DNA of 64,000 nucleotides from Callorhinchus milii (Eukaryota), in assembly GCF_018977255.1 (NCBI RefSeq), contig NW_024704743.1, forward strand, positions 29,948,001 through 30,012,000, in the 5' to 3' direction. Numbering within the stretch: position 1 is the first letter of the stretch; each line of letters starts with the position of its first letter. Positions 1 through 12,022 of this stretch are shown in pieces. The notes under the pieces are model-generated. The model ran no database searches. It saw only the letters and a list, made by a program, of their open reading frames with translations, and had not been told where the DNA came from. Position numbers and translations under genes: made by a program.

Positions 1-419
1 TAAAACGTTCACAAGCAAAATGCTTCAGCACAATGGCTACAGATATTATTTTTAAATTTCTGGCAAAGTTGGGACACATTAGTCCAGGGTAACAGGAAGG
101 TCATTTACAGTGTAATGTCAACATAAAGTGGAATTCAACTCACTGTCAAGATCAAATTATTCGGAAACAGTGGGGTCTAACACTGACGACGAACAAAAGA
201 ATATCTTTCTCTAACTCTTTGAAATGGAATTCCAATTGTAAGACAAGAAAAAAATCACCAGTTGTAGCGATCAGCGTAAATGAGACAGACAGAGAGAGAA
301 ATTCTACCTGGGTCTAGCTTTACTTGATTTACTTAGCATTTTAGAATACCAAGAATTTGATTTGGAAGCCAGTTTTCTGTAGTACTTAAAAGAAAATTAC
401 ACAAAGCATCGTAAGAAAA

Positions 420-680
420 ATTACATGTTGAAGATCACATGACATTGTTTGAAAAGGGAGTTTCTCCCAGTGTCCTGGCCAACAATTCCCCCAAATAAAT
501 AAAAGGTCATTTACTCCATGGCTATTTGTGGGACACTGATGTGAGCAAACTGACTGCTGTGTTTTGGTCACAAAATGCACAGTCAAAACCACTTCACAGT
601 ATATCCTGTGAAGAACTTTGAGACGTCTGCACGATGTGATAAGGCGCTATATCAAATTCAAGGATTATTATTATTATTAT
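420..680 (+). mobile_element. Old Deu-domain SINE, 5'-truncated
   Basis: gtcctggccaacaattccc...tttgtgggacactg...gtgataaggcgctatatcaaat...(att)n tail. Confidence 0.75.
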
Positions 681-747
681 GTACCACAAATTTCAAAGGT
701 TTCCTTCAAAACATGATCAGGGTTTTGGCTCAATCCCGCCTTCTCAC

Positions 748-891
748 CTGCCCCGTATTTCGGAATTTGCAGGCCAGAGCTCCAACAACAGCCAGATCCA
801 CATCAGCACTGTCAAACACGATGAACGGAGCGAGTCCTCCTAACTCCATAGAGGCCTTCTTCACGGTGTTGGTGGTATGGCCCAGCAGGAT
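748..891 (-). CDS. ALDH5A1: ALDH5A1 (succinate-semialdehyde dehydrogenase, mitochondrial) coding exon 6; gene continues beyond window start
   Basis: 144 nt, [48 protein letters not shown]; contains the ALDH MELGG glutamate motif; cag acceptor, gtgag donor, phase 0. Confidence 0.97.
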
Positions 892-1117
892 CTGAAAGGT
901 GCAGATGCAGCTGGTTAACCTTATGAAACCACACGAGCAGTAACAGCTCACAGCAGACAGTCCAAAATACTGTATTAGAAAGATTCTGCTTCTTAAAAGC
1001 AACCCTATGGAGGAGCAGAAGATGGGCAGTCAAATCAGTAGTGCTGCGATTTTATGCCAATAATCAAATCAACATTCTAGCAACCTGTGAGTTCACATTC
1101 ACAAATCTTTGAATGCT

Positions 1118-1752
1118 CAGGACAAGTTAATAAAGCTATTAAAAAAATCGTATGGGATCCTTGGCTTTATAAATAAAGGCATAGAGTACAAAAGCTAAAC
1201 CTTTATAAAATACTGGTTAGGCCTCAGCTGTCCAATTCTGGGCACCATACTTTGGGAAGGTTATCAAGGCCTTGGAGAGGGTGCAAAGGAGATTTACCAG
1301 AATGGTACCAATGATGAGGGACTTCCAATTATGTGGAGAGACTAGAGAAGATGGGATTTTTCTCCTTAGAGCAGAGAAGGTTAAGGCAGAGATTTAATAG
1401 AGGTGTTCAAAATTCTAAAGGGTTTTGATAGAGTAACTAAGTAGAAACTGTTTCCACTGGCGGGTGGGTCAGTAACCAGGGGTCATGGATTCAAGATAAT
1501 TCGCAAGAAAACCAGAGGGGCGATGAGGAGAATTTTTTTTATGCAGCGAGTTGTTAATCTCTGGAATGCAAAGAATAGTGAACATAGATTCGATAGATTT
1601 CAAAAGGAAATTGGATATGTACTTGAAAAGAAAAAATGTACAAGATTACAGGAAGGAGTGGGGGAGTGGGACTAATTGGGTTGCTTTTTCAAAGAGGCGG
1701 CACAGGCATGATGGGCCAATTGGCCTCCTTCTGAGCTGTAGGATTCTATGAA
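1118..1752 (+). mobile_element. CR1-type LINE 3' fragment
   Basis: Decayed CR1 ORF2 C-terminal coding sequence (gggatccttggctttataaat...ggcatagagtacaaaag; ctccttagagcagagaagg) ending in a ggcctccttctg...ttctatga tail. Confidence 0.8.
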
Positions 1753-2058
1753 TCCCGTTCTCTTTTTCCCCATAAATCATATTAATATTCCTGGGATTTT
1801 ACCAATAGCGCCCAGCTCTCCCTAGACGTACTCAACAGTTGAGTGGCAGAAAATCACTTCTGTCTCAGACTCTTTGAAATGCAATCAAAAGGTCGCAGAA
1901 GTATCTATCCTTAAAAAATGGTCTCATCAGAAAATAAAACCCCATTTTCCCCACTCTACAAGTCCAGATTTCAGCTTGTCTGTTAAATCTTTAATCAAAG
2001 TTAACAGCCCACATAACTAGAGGGTGGACGGCACATTACTTGGCAATACCTAACCAAC

Positions 2059-2202
2059 CTTTCCGGTGGCTGTGGAACCAGTGAACGAGACGATGGCAAC
2101 CAGTGGGTCTGTGCAAAGAACTTCTCCCACGGCAGGTGTGTTGGCTCTGGAGGCGGGGACCACATTGAACACCCCTGCAGGAATCCCAGCCTGGCTGGCC
2201 AG
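2059..2202 (-). CDS. ALDH5A1: ALDH5A1 coding exon 5
   Basis: 144 nt, [57 protein letters not shown]-binding motif; cag/gt boundaries. Confidence 0.97.
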
Positions 2203-3176
2203 CTGTGAAACAAGATTAAATCATGCATTAGCCATTCCAAACCAGGCATAGTTTTGCATTTTGCAAATGATTCTACTCTAAAAATGCTCTTACATGACAA
2301 ATATTAACGTTCAGTTTAACATGACCTTGATCATCTGCTTTTCTTTCCTGTCAACACATGTGATTTGTTCTGAGTGATCTATTTAACTCCAAAGGTCATT
2401 TTGAGTTTCCTTAAAAAGGTGTTTGTGAAATTAAAATTTCCTTGTCAGCAAAACCCACTGTGACAGCCAAACAGAAGCCATAGTGAGACAAGTTAGTTTT
2501 ATCCTCCTGATGTTGCATTAGAAATTCCAACCCAAACACTGAAATGGGCACGTGCCTGTGGACAACACTGCTGTCAACACTCTGTGGACCGTTTACTAAC
2601 ATGTTGTTGCTTAACTCAACTTTTTGCTTTGTAAATCTTTAGCCATAAACTTGAGACTAATATTTTAGACTCTGCTGGCTCTAGCGTGATGCTTAGACCC
2701 TCCATGACATTTAGAGCTGAGGTCAGGAAGCAAATGCAAGGATTATTATTGTTGTTTCTTCACACAATGGGCTATGAAGACGCAGAATGCTCTGCCCCAA
2801 AAAGCTGTGGAGGCAAGATCTATAGGTATGTCTAAAAAAGAGACAGACAGATACCTTGGTCATACAGGGATTATAAGAGTATGGGGAAAGAGTGGGTCAT
2901 TGGGATTCAAAAAATCTGACAAGATCTAATAAACTGGCTCAATTACCTCTTTTTATTACTTTAATGGAGTCCTTTGGTTGTCATCTTAAAATCTGAGTAA
3001 TGGACAATAAAAAAGAGTTTACTGCAGTCTCTCTCACAGAGATTCCTTGAATTCCTCTGTGTTAAGGATTGTTCGGAATCTTGGTTACTGTAGTCACCTT
3101 CACCAAACACTGTTTAAATGCTACCCGGATTCCTAGAGCATCTGGATTTATTTTCTGGATGACGTTTGGAGCTTAC

Positions 3177-3293
3177 CTCTGCCAATGCCAGAGCAGAGAG
3201 AGGTGTATCTTCAGCTGGTTTCACCACCACCGTGCTGCCTGTTGCCAATGCTGCCCCAACCTTGCGTGTGATCATAGCACTGGGGAAGTTCCA
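3177..3293 (-). CDS. ALDH5A1: ALDH5A1 coding exon 4
   Basis: 117 nt, [39 protein letters not shown]; cag/gtaag boundaries. Confidence 0.97.
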
Positions 3294-3589
3294 CTGCAGA
3301 GAGAGAGAGAGAAATGGATTAGGATGTCTCTAAAGTAAAGGGAAAAACAAAATTAATGTGGGTCATTTATTAGATGTTTAGGATAGTATCTTAAGAAAGA
3401 CAGCACTTGAAACACACTGCAGTCAAGCAGGAAGAGAATGGAATGGCTCAGATTGAGATATGTTATAATCTTTGCTTTACATCACAATATATTCGTATAA
3501 TGAACACAAAACACCTAGAGAAAGAAAGAACCCTGAATGACTCTAGGTTGTGGAATCTCTAGAGGTCAAGTATTGAACTTTTATTTCGG

Positions 3590-3965
3590 GGTCAGCTGGC
3601 TCAATTGGTAGTACTCTTGCCTCCAAGTTACCAAATTGTGGGTTCAAGCCTCATAGTCCAGGTTCATAATCCAGAGAGTGCTGCATTATCGGAGCTGCTG
3701 TCTTTCGAATGAAGCATAAAACTAAAGTCCCTTCTGTCTGTTGAGACGGGCTTTAAAGATTCCATAACACTATTCCCAAAGAGAAGGGAGTTTCTCCCAT
3801 GGTCCTGGCCAACAATCCTCCAGACAAATTGATCAGAGCTGATTGCAGAATATTGCTTGGTACAAATTAGTTGTCACTTTTGCCTAAAAATACAGTCACT
3901 ATACTTTACACAGAAACACTCTTGTAAACTTGAAGATGTAATAGATACTATAATAAATGTAAAGA
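3590..3965 (+). mobile_element. Old tRNA-Deu-L2 SINE (SacSINE1-like)
   Basis: tRNA-like head (gctcaattggtag...gggttcaagcc), Deu-like body, decayed L2-type tail. Confidence 0.7.
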
Positions 3966-4423
3966 TTATTATTTTTATAAAGGGTGTGGATAACACCACC
4001 AGCATAGGGGGCCTTTGAGATGTCCTCATGACATGAAAGATAATACTGTATGTAAATGTAAATTGTTCTGTGTTGTCTGGAGATAACAGACCTGGTTTGG
4101 AGTAAGTCTGGGCGCTTCTTGGCCAAATGAAAAGATGAAGCACTTTTGGTGGTTAATATTCATTTCAGGCAAATGAGACAGTGAGAGGAAAAGATTAAAT
4201 GGGCTAACCCTTCCATCCTGAAAGTGGGCACCTTAGACTGATAGTAGGCAGCATTATTTACCCCAGTGTATCTCAGACTATCCCACCTCACTGAAGACAG
4301 ATTTGAAAGTTACTTTTTAATGTCATTTCTTCCTATAACTGGGGCAGTTAAATCCCTGCCCCCACTTCCTGCAAGGCTTGGAGGCAAAACGGCAGAAACA
4401 CATAGCAATGTACTGGTACTCAC

Positions 4424-4594
4424 GGGAGTTATAATGGAGGCCACTCCTATTGGTTGCTTGAGGATTAGGATGCGACGGTCTGGAGAAGGGGAAGGGACAA
4501 CATCTCCGTACACTCTCCGGGCTTCTTCTGCAAACCATTCGAGAAAGGAGGCAGCGTACACCACTTCGGCAGAGGCCTCGTGGAGAGGCTTCCC
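4424..4594 (-). CDS. ALDH5A1: ALDH5A1 coding exon 3
   Basis: 171 nt, [57 protein letters not shown]; cag/gtgagt boundaries. Confidence 0.97.
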
Positions 4595-4789
4595 CTGAAT
4601 AGCCAGAATCAGTGTCAATACCAGAGAGGGACAAAAACAGCAATAACGTATTCACAAACTTCTCCTGCTCCACACTAGGCCACACAACCAGTCGCTCCTG
4701 TGTTGTTCTGATAGGAACTGCTCATCCAATTATTCCCGAACTTTTCCTTTATCTAAAATAAACCAAACACTAATTTGAAATAGATGCAC

Positions 4790-5443
4790 TACTCACCAGA
4801 ACACTGGAAGTCTCACCTCGAGCTTAAACTTTCTAACGCTCTCTTCTCTAGTTCCAACTCACCCATCCCAAATTCTGCAGCCAGCCAATGTTCTCTTCCT
4901 ACATACACCAGGCTCCGCATATCCATTACCCTCAGCTTCACTGGGATCAACAAGCATACCCCAGCGTATCGACTTGATCTTCTGGCTGAACTTTAAACCG
5001 TTTCACAATCTTGCCCCTCCATACCTATACCATGTCTTCTAGCCCTATTTGCCCTCTATGCCTTCTGCTACCTTCTCTTTCATCACTTCACTTCATTCCC
5101 TTGCACCTCCCTATTAATCCGACCAGCTTACCCCAAATTCACCACTGCCTCCGTTCGGCTGTCTCCGGCCTCCTAATTGTCCCTTCTGCCCTCCTCTCCA
5201 CCTTTGGTGGCTGTGCCTTCAGCCACTACTCCGCGAAACTCTGGAACTCTCTCCCTCGATCCCTCCGCTTTGCCCCATCCCTCCCCACCTTCAAATCCTG
5301 CCTAAAGACCTTCGTTTTTGATAGTGCTTACAGTCACCTCCCCCTCCCTCTCCCCTTGGCACATTGTCAGACTCCACTACTGTGAGGCATTCCGGGACGC
5401 TACCCCGCGTGACTGGCGATATATAAATGCATGTTGTTGTTGT
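4790..5443 (+). mobile_element. L2 LINE 3' fragment
   Basis: Translation ...GGCAFSHYSAKLWNSLPRSLRFAPSLPTFKSCLKTFVFDSAY typical of L2 ORF2 C-terminus; (gtt)n tail. Confidence 0.8.
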
Positions 5444-5732
5444 TCTCATCTATTGTTTGTTTTTCGCCCACTCTGATCCACCAATGGTGGTCAGGCCTTT
5501 CGTCACTATGACCCTGTTCACTGAGACTCCCTAAATCCCTTCACCTTAAGCCTGTATCGCTCTTTAAATTCCCCTCTTTGTTTGGATGTTTTATAACATA
5601 CAACAGCCTTCCCCAACAATGTTCCCTTCTAATACAATTAATTATTCTAAACACAGTATTTGCTTTCAACGTTTTGCAATTTTTTTTCAATCCAATTATA
5701 TTATTGCAACCTAAACACATTTTTGCTGCATT

Positions 5733-6032
5733 ATAATAATAATAATCCTTGCATTTAATATAGTGCTTTTCACATCTTCTAGATGTCTCAAAGCGCTTCA
5801 CAGAATATACTGTAAAGTGAATTGACTGTATGTTTGTGAGTGAAATGCACACAGCAGTGTCCCAAAAACAGTCGTGGATTGAAGTGACCAATTTATTGTT
5901 TTTTTTCTTGAGGGATTATTATTAGGCATGTGGAGTAAGGAAACTTGCCCAAGATTTCGCCCTACTGGGAATTGAACCCAGGTCTCTCGCTTGCGAGGCG
6001 AGTGCTCTAATCACTGAGCTACAGGACTCCAC
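5733..6032 (-). mobile_element. Young tRNA-Ala-headed SINE (deleted form, TAGAA-type 3' loop)
   Basis: Full-length match to the other ~305 bp copies in the window; A/B boxes in head, (att)n tail. Confidence 0.9.
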
Positions 6033-6126
6033 AATGACTTCCTTTAGCTTGCAGAAATTACTAACAATCCTGAGGAAAGCCTACATGCACAGTGTGTTTA
6101 AAACAAGGTGCTGGTGTTTTACTTGC

Positions 6127-6210
6127 ATTTTCTGAAGTAATCAACCTCGCGAGCTCATCTTTGTTTTTCATCATCAACTCGTACCATTTCCTTAATAAAA
6201 TGCTTCGCTC
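6127..6210 (-). CDS. ALDH5A1: ALDH5A1 coding exon 2 (GC-type donor)
   Basis: 84 nt, [28 protein letters not shown]; tag acceptor; donor reads GCAAGT (plus strand acttgc, 6121-6126). Confidence 0.95.
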
Positions 6211-7119
6211 CTAAGAACAGGCAGAAACATCAGAAAGGGTAAAGCTTAAACAGTGACAGAGTTGAACAGACCTTCAAACATATTCAGAAAATCTAAAAGA
6301 TGTTCAGAAATCTAAAAATGAGTAATCTGCAGGGATATGGGGGTCGGGGGTGGGGTTGGGGGGGGGAGGAGAAATAAGGCAGTTAAATATGGATTGATCT
6401 TTTGAAGTGTAACACAACCACGATGAGCCGAATGACTTTCTTCTGTCCTGTAAAGTACTAGTCAATCTGTAGCCCAATGCAGTGGGGCTGATCTGCCACT
6501 TCTCTCCACCGCACAAATGGAAAAGCTATGAAAAGCAACATGCAACATGAGTTAAGAGTCAGGGTCGCTGGGAGATAATTAACTGCACTTTCAGTATATA
6601 GTTCTACTTTCTCAGCTCTCGTGGAATTTATATCTCTAGCAATTGATTTCATTCAAAAAACACTTATTTACACTTTTTTTTCTTTGTTATCACCAGGATT
6701 TTTTTTCCAAGTTCTTGGTGCAATACTAACAATACAGAACTAAGCTAACAGTGCACCTCCCTGTCTGCTTTCTAGCACAGTAATACAGTAATAATACTGA
6801 GGCTCTCACATTGGGAGGACACCTCAAAGGCCTTTTCAGGTTTTACTGCAAAATAAATCTAAGTGACTGTGTTTTTGTGGGCAAACATGGCAGTCAATGT
6901 GTGCACAGTAATGCCCCACAAACAGCCATGAAGTGATTGACCAATATTATTGGGGAATTGTTGACCGGGACATCAGGCTTCCAAATCCCATTGCTCTCAT
7001 GTCTCCCTCTGTTCCTCTCCCTTCCTCCATCCCTACGCCCCACCCCCTCCCCCCCTCTCGCTCTCCCTCTCTCGCACCTGACTCAATCTGTTCCAGGTAA
7101 ACTCACAACTTAGCTCCAG

Positions 7120-7520
7120 TAAAACGTGCACAAGTTGAATCAGTCGGGATCACGGCATTTCATACAAGTGCAAGTTACAGGCAAACTTGCGTCGAGTCGC
7201 ATCAAGTCCGATTTCATCAGTAACCCACCCCCCGCGCGGGCTTATTTCAATGAAGCCAGTGAGCGCGCGTGTGGCAACGGGTCGAGACTTGATTTCCCGC
7301 GCTTGTCTAATCAATGATCGCCGCGCAGGTACGGTAGCGATACTACGAGTTTGGGAGATGGTTTGCTTTGTGGAAAATACGACGAGTGCGAAGAAATCTT
7401 CCAGTGCTTTTTTTGGTAGGAAACGTGAATGGGACTCGGGTGCCTGTATCAGCCCTGGACGATGATACGATCGATAAAGACTTCAGCACATTTTACTGTG
7501 TTGTCGGAGAGGAACGAGAA
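7120..7520. promoter_or_regulatory. CpG-rich intronic element in ALDH5A1 intron 1
   Basis: About 33 CpGs counted by hand in ~400 bp, against a CpG-depleted background. Confidence 0.45.
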
Positions 7521-7550
7521 GTAATGAAAGATGTGAACAATCCCTGTCCC

Positions 7551-8753
7551 TCACTGTCCTGTTTACAGCTCCCGTCCCTCTCCCCCCGTCCCGTCCCGCG
7601 CCCACCCCTCCCTGTCCCCCTCTCCCACCCTCCGCCAATTCCTCTCCCCCTGTCCCCCTCTCCCCGTCCCCCCCCTCCCTGTCCCTCTCCCCTGTCCCTC
7701 CCCGTCCCCCCCTTCCGTCCCTCTCCCCTGTCCCCCCTCCCTTCCCTCCCTCTCCCCGTCCCTGTCCCCCTCCCCTGTCCCCACCTCCCCCCCCTCTCCC
7801 CGTCCCTGTCCCCCTGTCCCTCCCCTCTCCCCCGTCCCGCGCCCCCCTCCCTGTCCCCTCCCCCCTCCGGCAATTCCTCTCCCCTGTCCCCCCTCCCGTC
7901 CCTCTCCCCTGTCCCCCCCTCCCTGTCCCTCTCCCCTCCCTGTCCCCCTCCCCCCCCCCAATTCCTCTCCCCCTGTCCCCCACCCCGTCCCCCCCTCCCT
8001 GTCCTCTCCCCTCCCCCCACTGTCCCCCCCTCCCTGTCCCCTCCCCCTCCCCCCCTGTCCCCCCTCCCCCCGTCCCTCCCCCCTCCCTCCCCCTCCCCCT
8101 CCGCCATTCCTCTCCCCCTGTCCCCCCTCCCTGTCCCCTCCCCCTGTCCCCCCTCCCTGTCCTCTCCCCCTCCGCCCCCCCGCTATCCCTCTCCCCCTGT
8201 CCCCCCCTCCCTGACCCACTCCCCCCTCCCCTCTCCCTGTCCCTCTCCCCCCTCCCCTCTCCCTGTCCCCCCCTCCCTGTCCCCCCTCCCTGTCCCCCTC
8301 CCTCCCCCCTCCCCCCTCTCCCCTGTCCCCCCTCCCTGTCCCTCTCCCCCTGTCCCCCCTCCCTGTCCTCTCCCCCTGTCCCTCCCCTGTCCCTCTCCCC
8401 CTGTCCCTCTCCCCCTGTCCCTCCCCCGTCCTCTCCCCTGTCCCCCCTCCTGACCCTCTCCCCCTGTCCCCCCTCCCCTGTCCCCCCTCCCCTGTCCCCC
8501 TGTCCCCCCTCCCCTCTCCCCCCTCCCCTGTCCCCCCCTCCCCTGTCCCCCCCTCCCTTTGTCCCCCCTCCCCTCTCCCCCTGTCCCCCCCTCCCCTGTC
8601 CCCCCCTCCCCTCTCCCCCTGTCCCCCCTCCCCTTGTCCCCCCTCCCCTCTCCCCCTGTCCCCCCTCCCCTTGTCCCCCCCTCTCCCTCTCTCTCCCCCC
8701 TCCCCTCTCCCCCTGTCCCCCTCCCCCCCTCTCCCTGCCCCCCCCCCCCCCCC
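7551..8753. repeat. C-rich minisatellite (ccctgtccc/cctctcccc units), G-rich on the ALDH5A1 sense strand
   Basis: Directly visible degenerate tandem array of ~1.2 kb, immediately 3' (gene sense) of the first coding exon. Confidence 0.95.
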
Positions 8754-8757
8754 ATAC

Positions 8758-9036
8758 CTTGCAGGTGGTGTGTCTCCAGGTGTGGAAGGCGCTGTGAGCC
8801 GCCCTCACGGCCTCCCGGGCCTCCCGCTGGCCGCAGTCCTGTACCGAGCCCAGCTCCCTGCCGCTGGCCGGCTCCAGCACCGGGAACCTGGCGCCGCCCC
8901 CCGGGGCCCAGCGCCCCCCGATGTAAGCCTCGGTGCGGAGTAAACCCGAGCCCGAGCCCGAGCAGCCCCGAGCGGCCGCGTCTGTCACCGCAATCAGCCG
9001 AGACCCGCGGCTCCACCCCACCGGCCCCCGCCACAT
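8758..9036 (-). CDS. ALDH5A1: ALDH5A1 first coding exon (putative mitochondrial targeting peptide plus N-terminus)
   Basis: gccATG at 9036; [14 protein letters not shown]...[12 protein letters not shown]...[19 protein letters not shown]...[11 protein letters not shown]; gtatg donor; 279 nt, phase 0. Confidence 0.92.
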
Positions 9037-9051
9037 GGCAACTGCTCACAG

Positions 9052-9491
9052 GGGGACACACACAGGGACACACACACACACACACACAGGGACACACACA
9101 CACACACACACCTACACAGACAGGGACACACACACACACACCTACACCTACACACAGGGACACACGCACACACACCCACACAGACAGGGACACACACACA
9201 CACACAGGGACACACACCCCCACACACACAGGGACACACACACACACACCTACACCTACACACAGGGACACACACACACACACACAGGGACACACACACA
9301 CACACCTACACAGACAGGGACACACACACACACACAGGGACACACACCCCCACACACACAGGGACACACACACACACACCTACACCTACACACAGGGACA
9401 CACACACACACACACAGGGACACTACCCCACACACAGGGACACTACCCCACACACACAGGGACACACACACACACACCCACACCTACACAC

Positions 9492-9530
<39 letters not shown>

Positions 9531-10202
9531 CACACAGGGACACACACACACACACACACAGGGACACACACACACACACCTACACCTACACACAGGGACA
9601 CACACACACACACACACACACCCACCCCCACACAGACACACACACACACACCTACACACACACACACCTACACACAGGGACACACACACACACCTACACC
9701 TACACACAGGGACACACCCCCCCACCCCCAGGGATACACACACACACACCTACACACAGGGACACACCCCCACACACAGACAGGGACACAGACACACACA
9801 CACACAGACAGGGACACACACACACAGGGACCCCCCCCCACACACAGACACACCTACACACACAGGGACACACACACACAGGGACCCCCCCCACACACAG
9901 ACACACCTACACACACAGGGACACACACACACAGGGACCCCCCCCACACACAGACACACCTACACACACAGGGACACACACACACAGGGACCCCCCCCCC
10001 CAAACACACACAGATACACCTACACCTACACACAGGGACACACACACAGGGACACCCCCCCCCACACACACACACACAGGGACACACACCCACACACACA
10101 CAGGGACACACAGAGCTGATCAGAGTGACCAGACTACACACAGACACAGGGCCAGAGAGAGCCCCCTCCCTGACTGCACACACACACACACACACACACA
10201 CA
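9052..10202. repeat. Compound (CA)n / cagggaca / cctaca minisatellite
   Basis: Directly visible ~1.1 kb array starting 16 bp upstream of the ALDH5A1 ATG. Confidence 0.95.
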
Positions 10203-10299
10203 GAGAGAGAAGCTGCTCCTGACTGGAAAGGCAAGAGAGCCCACTGCAAAGGAGGTTGCAGGGAGGGCACTGACAGTTGGGTACCACCCACTCACCCCG

Positions 10300-10740
10300 G
10301 GGGCATCGTGTGCAAATACACGGCCGATAACCCAAACAGGAATAAAAAGAAGCGTCCGCTGAAACATATCTTTGTTGGTCAGCGGCTAGCCGGCTGTCCG
10401 ACACACGCACGACAAACCCATCACCGCGCTTCAAAGAGTCCCCAAACCCGAGCTGAGAATTCCACGCATCCTTCCTACCTCCACGTGGAAATCCCAGAGA
10501 GGCGTTGTCGGAATGGAAAGCACGCTCGTCTCCCTTGGAGGGGGACGGACGCCTCCTGCTTGCCTAGTTCTGGAAAGCGATAGGCGCAGGCCGGCAAGAG
10601 CCCGGGCTCAGCGCTGTCCGGCAAGCTTTCCCGCTTGCTTGTCCCAACTCGGCCACCCTACCCGTTCAGGCTTTGCTGCGCAGGGTTAACAAGAGCAGAG
10701 TAGGAAAAATCCCTGCCGCCAGCGCCAGGAGCGAGATTAT
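10300..10740 (-). promoter_or_regulatory. Probable ALDH5A1 CpG-island promoter / non-coding first exon
   Basis: CpG-rich; E-box CACGTG at 10482-10487; minus-strand donor-like GAG|GTAGGA at 10479/10478; no minus-strand ATG seen in 10479-10700. Confidence 0.45.
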
Positions 10741-11695
10741 TGAGCCAGGATGACACCTGTGAAGCGCTTTGAGACATAGACAAATCCCATGAAGCACTTT
10801 TAGATGTCTTGATGACTTCACAAGGCACAATAAATATTAAATTTAAGGATCACCATGATTTTGCAAAAAAACTTACATCTTAACGGCCCATCGGAAGTTT
10901 GTTTCTGTAAGGCCTGCTACACTAACTGTAAAATCTATACAAGATTTGTTTTGGAAAAAAAAGCTTTTATTCTTTGTAATACCTTTCAATATCTGGGTAC
11001 AAACAACATTGCACATTGAACTCAATGGAAATTATTTGCCACACAATTTGGGGTCAAAAGTTACCTTCTCCTTAAGATTCTCCACCTAACGTTAAGATTG
11101 TATGGAATTTTGGAAAATGATTTTAATTTGAAAGCCAACTTTCTGTAGCTCCTTTTGAGCACTACAGAAAAAAAAAATCCAAATTAGGCCTGAATTAAAA
11201 AATTTAAAACAATCTTAAATTTTATAATGATCTGAAGCTTAAGGACGTGAGAAATTTCAGGCAACTTGTTAGTGAGTCCATAAAGCTTATGGTGTAGTTA
11301 TTGAAAAATCAGCGGAGACCAAATCAAATGTACAATCAGCTGATCTATATTGGTCAATTAGCTGGTCAAACTCACGAATAACTTGAGCGGGAAAGGAAAA
11401 TTTCTGTTACAATTCACCAGACCTACTTTGTGGGACAATAACTATGAGTATCCTTGTACTTGTCATACTTGCAAAACTGAAAGTATATGCCCCAAACTGC
11501 AATTTGTAGCAAAAAGTAGAAGAAACAAAATTTATGTAACAGGGCCTTATGATAACATAATGCTACACTTCAAATTGTTTTTTTTATTGATTCAATGCAG
11601 TTTCCACAGCAAAGAGACTTTACAATCAATGACTGCCACATAGATAAAATTTTGACTTTCGAGTCATCCCTCCAACCACCTGTGAGAAGTGGTTA

Positions 11696-12022
11696 AATAA
11701 TAATAATAATAATAATCCTTGCATTTGATATAGCGCTTTTCACGTCGGGAGGACGTCCCAAAGAGCTTCAGAGAACACACACACTGTAAAGTGAATTGAC
11801 TGTATATTTGTGGGCGAACGCGGCAGCCAATTGCGCACAGCAATGTCCCACAAACAGTCGTAGATTGAAAATGACCAATTTATTATTGTTTTTGTTTTTT
11901 GGAGGGATTATTATTAGGCGTGTGGAGTAAGGAAACTTGCCCAAGGTTTCGCCCTCTGCCTGGAATTGATCTCAGGTCTCTCGCTTGCAAAGCGAGTGCT
12001 CTAACCACTGAGCTACAGGACT
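11696..12022 (-). mobile_element. Youngest SINE subfamily (CTCCC loop)
   Basis: Near-identical to the copies at 27754 and 62728; CpGs retained. Confidence 0.9.

Noticed and set aside
10455..10500. STH...LHVEI peptide reminiscent of GPLD1 exon 1 (STHVEIG)
   Set aside because: No signal peptide or donor; explained by a CACGTG E-box in the CpG island.
7368..10583. Long Pro-, Gly-, His/Thr- and Cys/Val-rich ORFs of up to 674 aa
   Set aside because: Translations of stop-poor minisatellites; only 8758-9036 (-) is a real exon.
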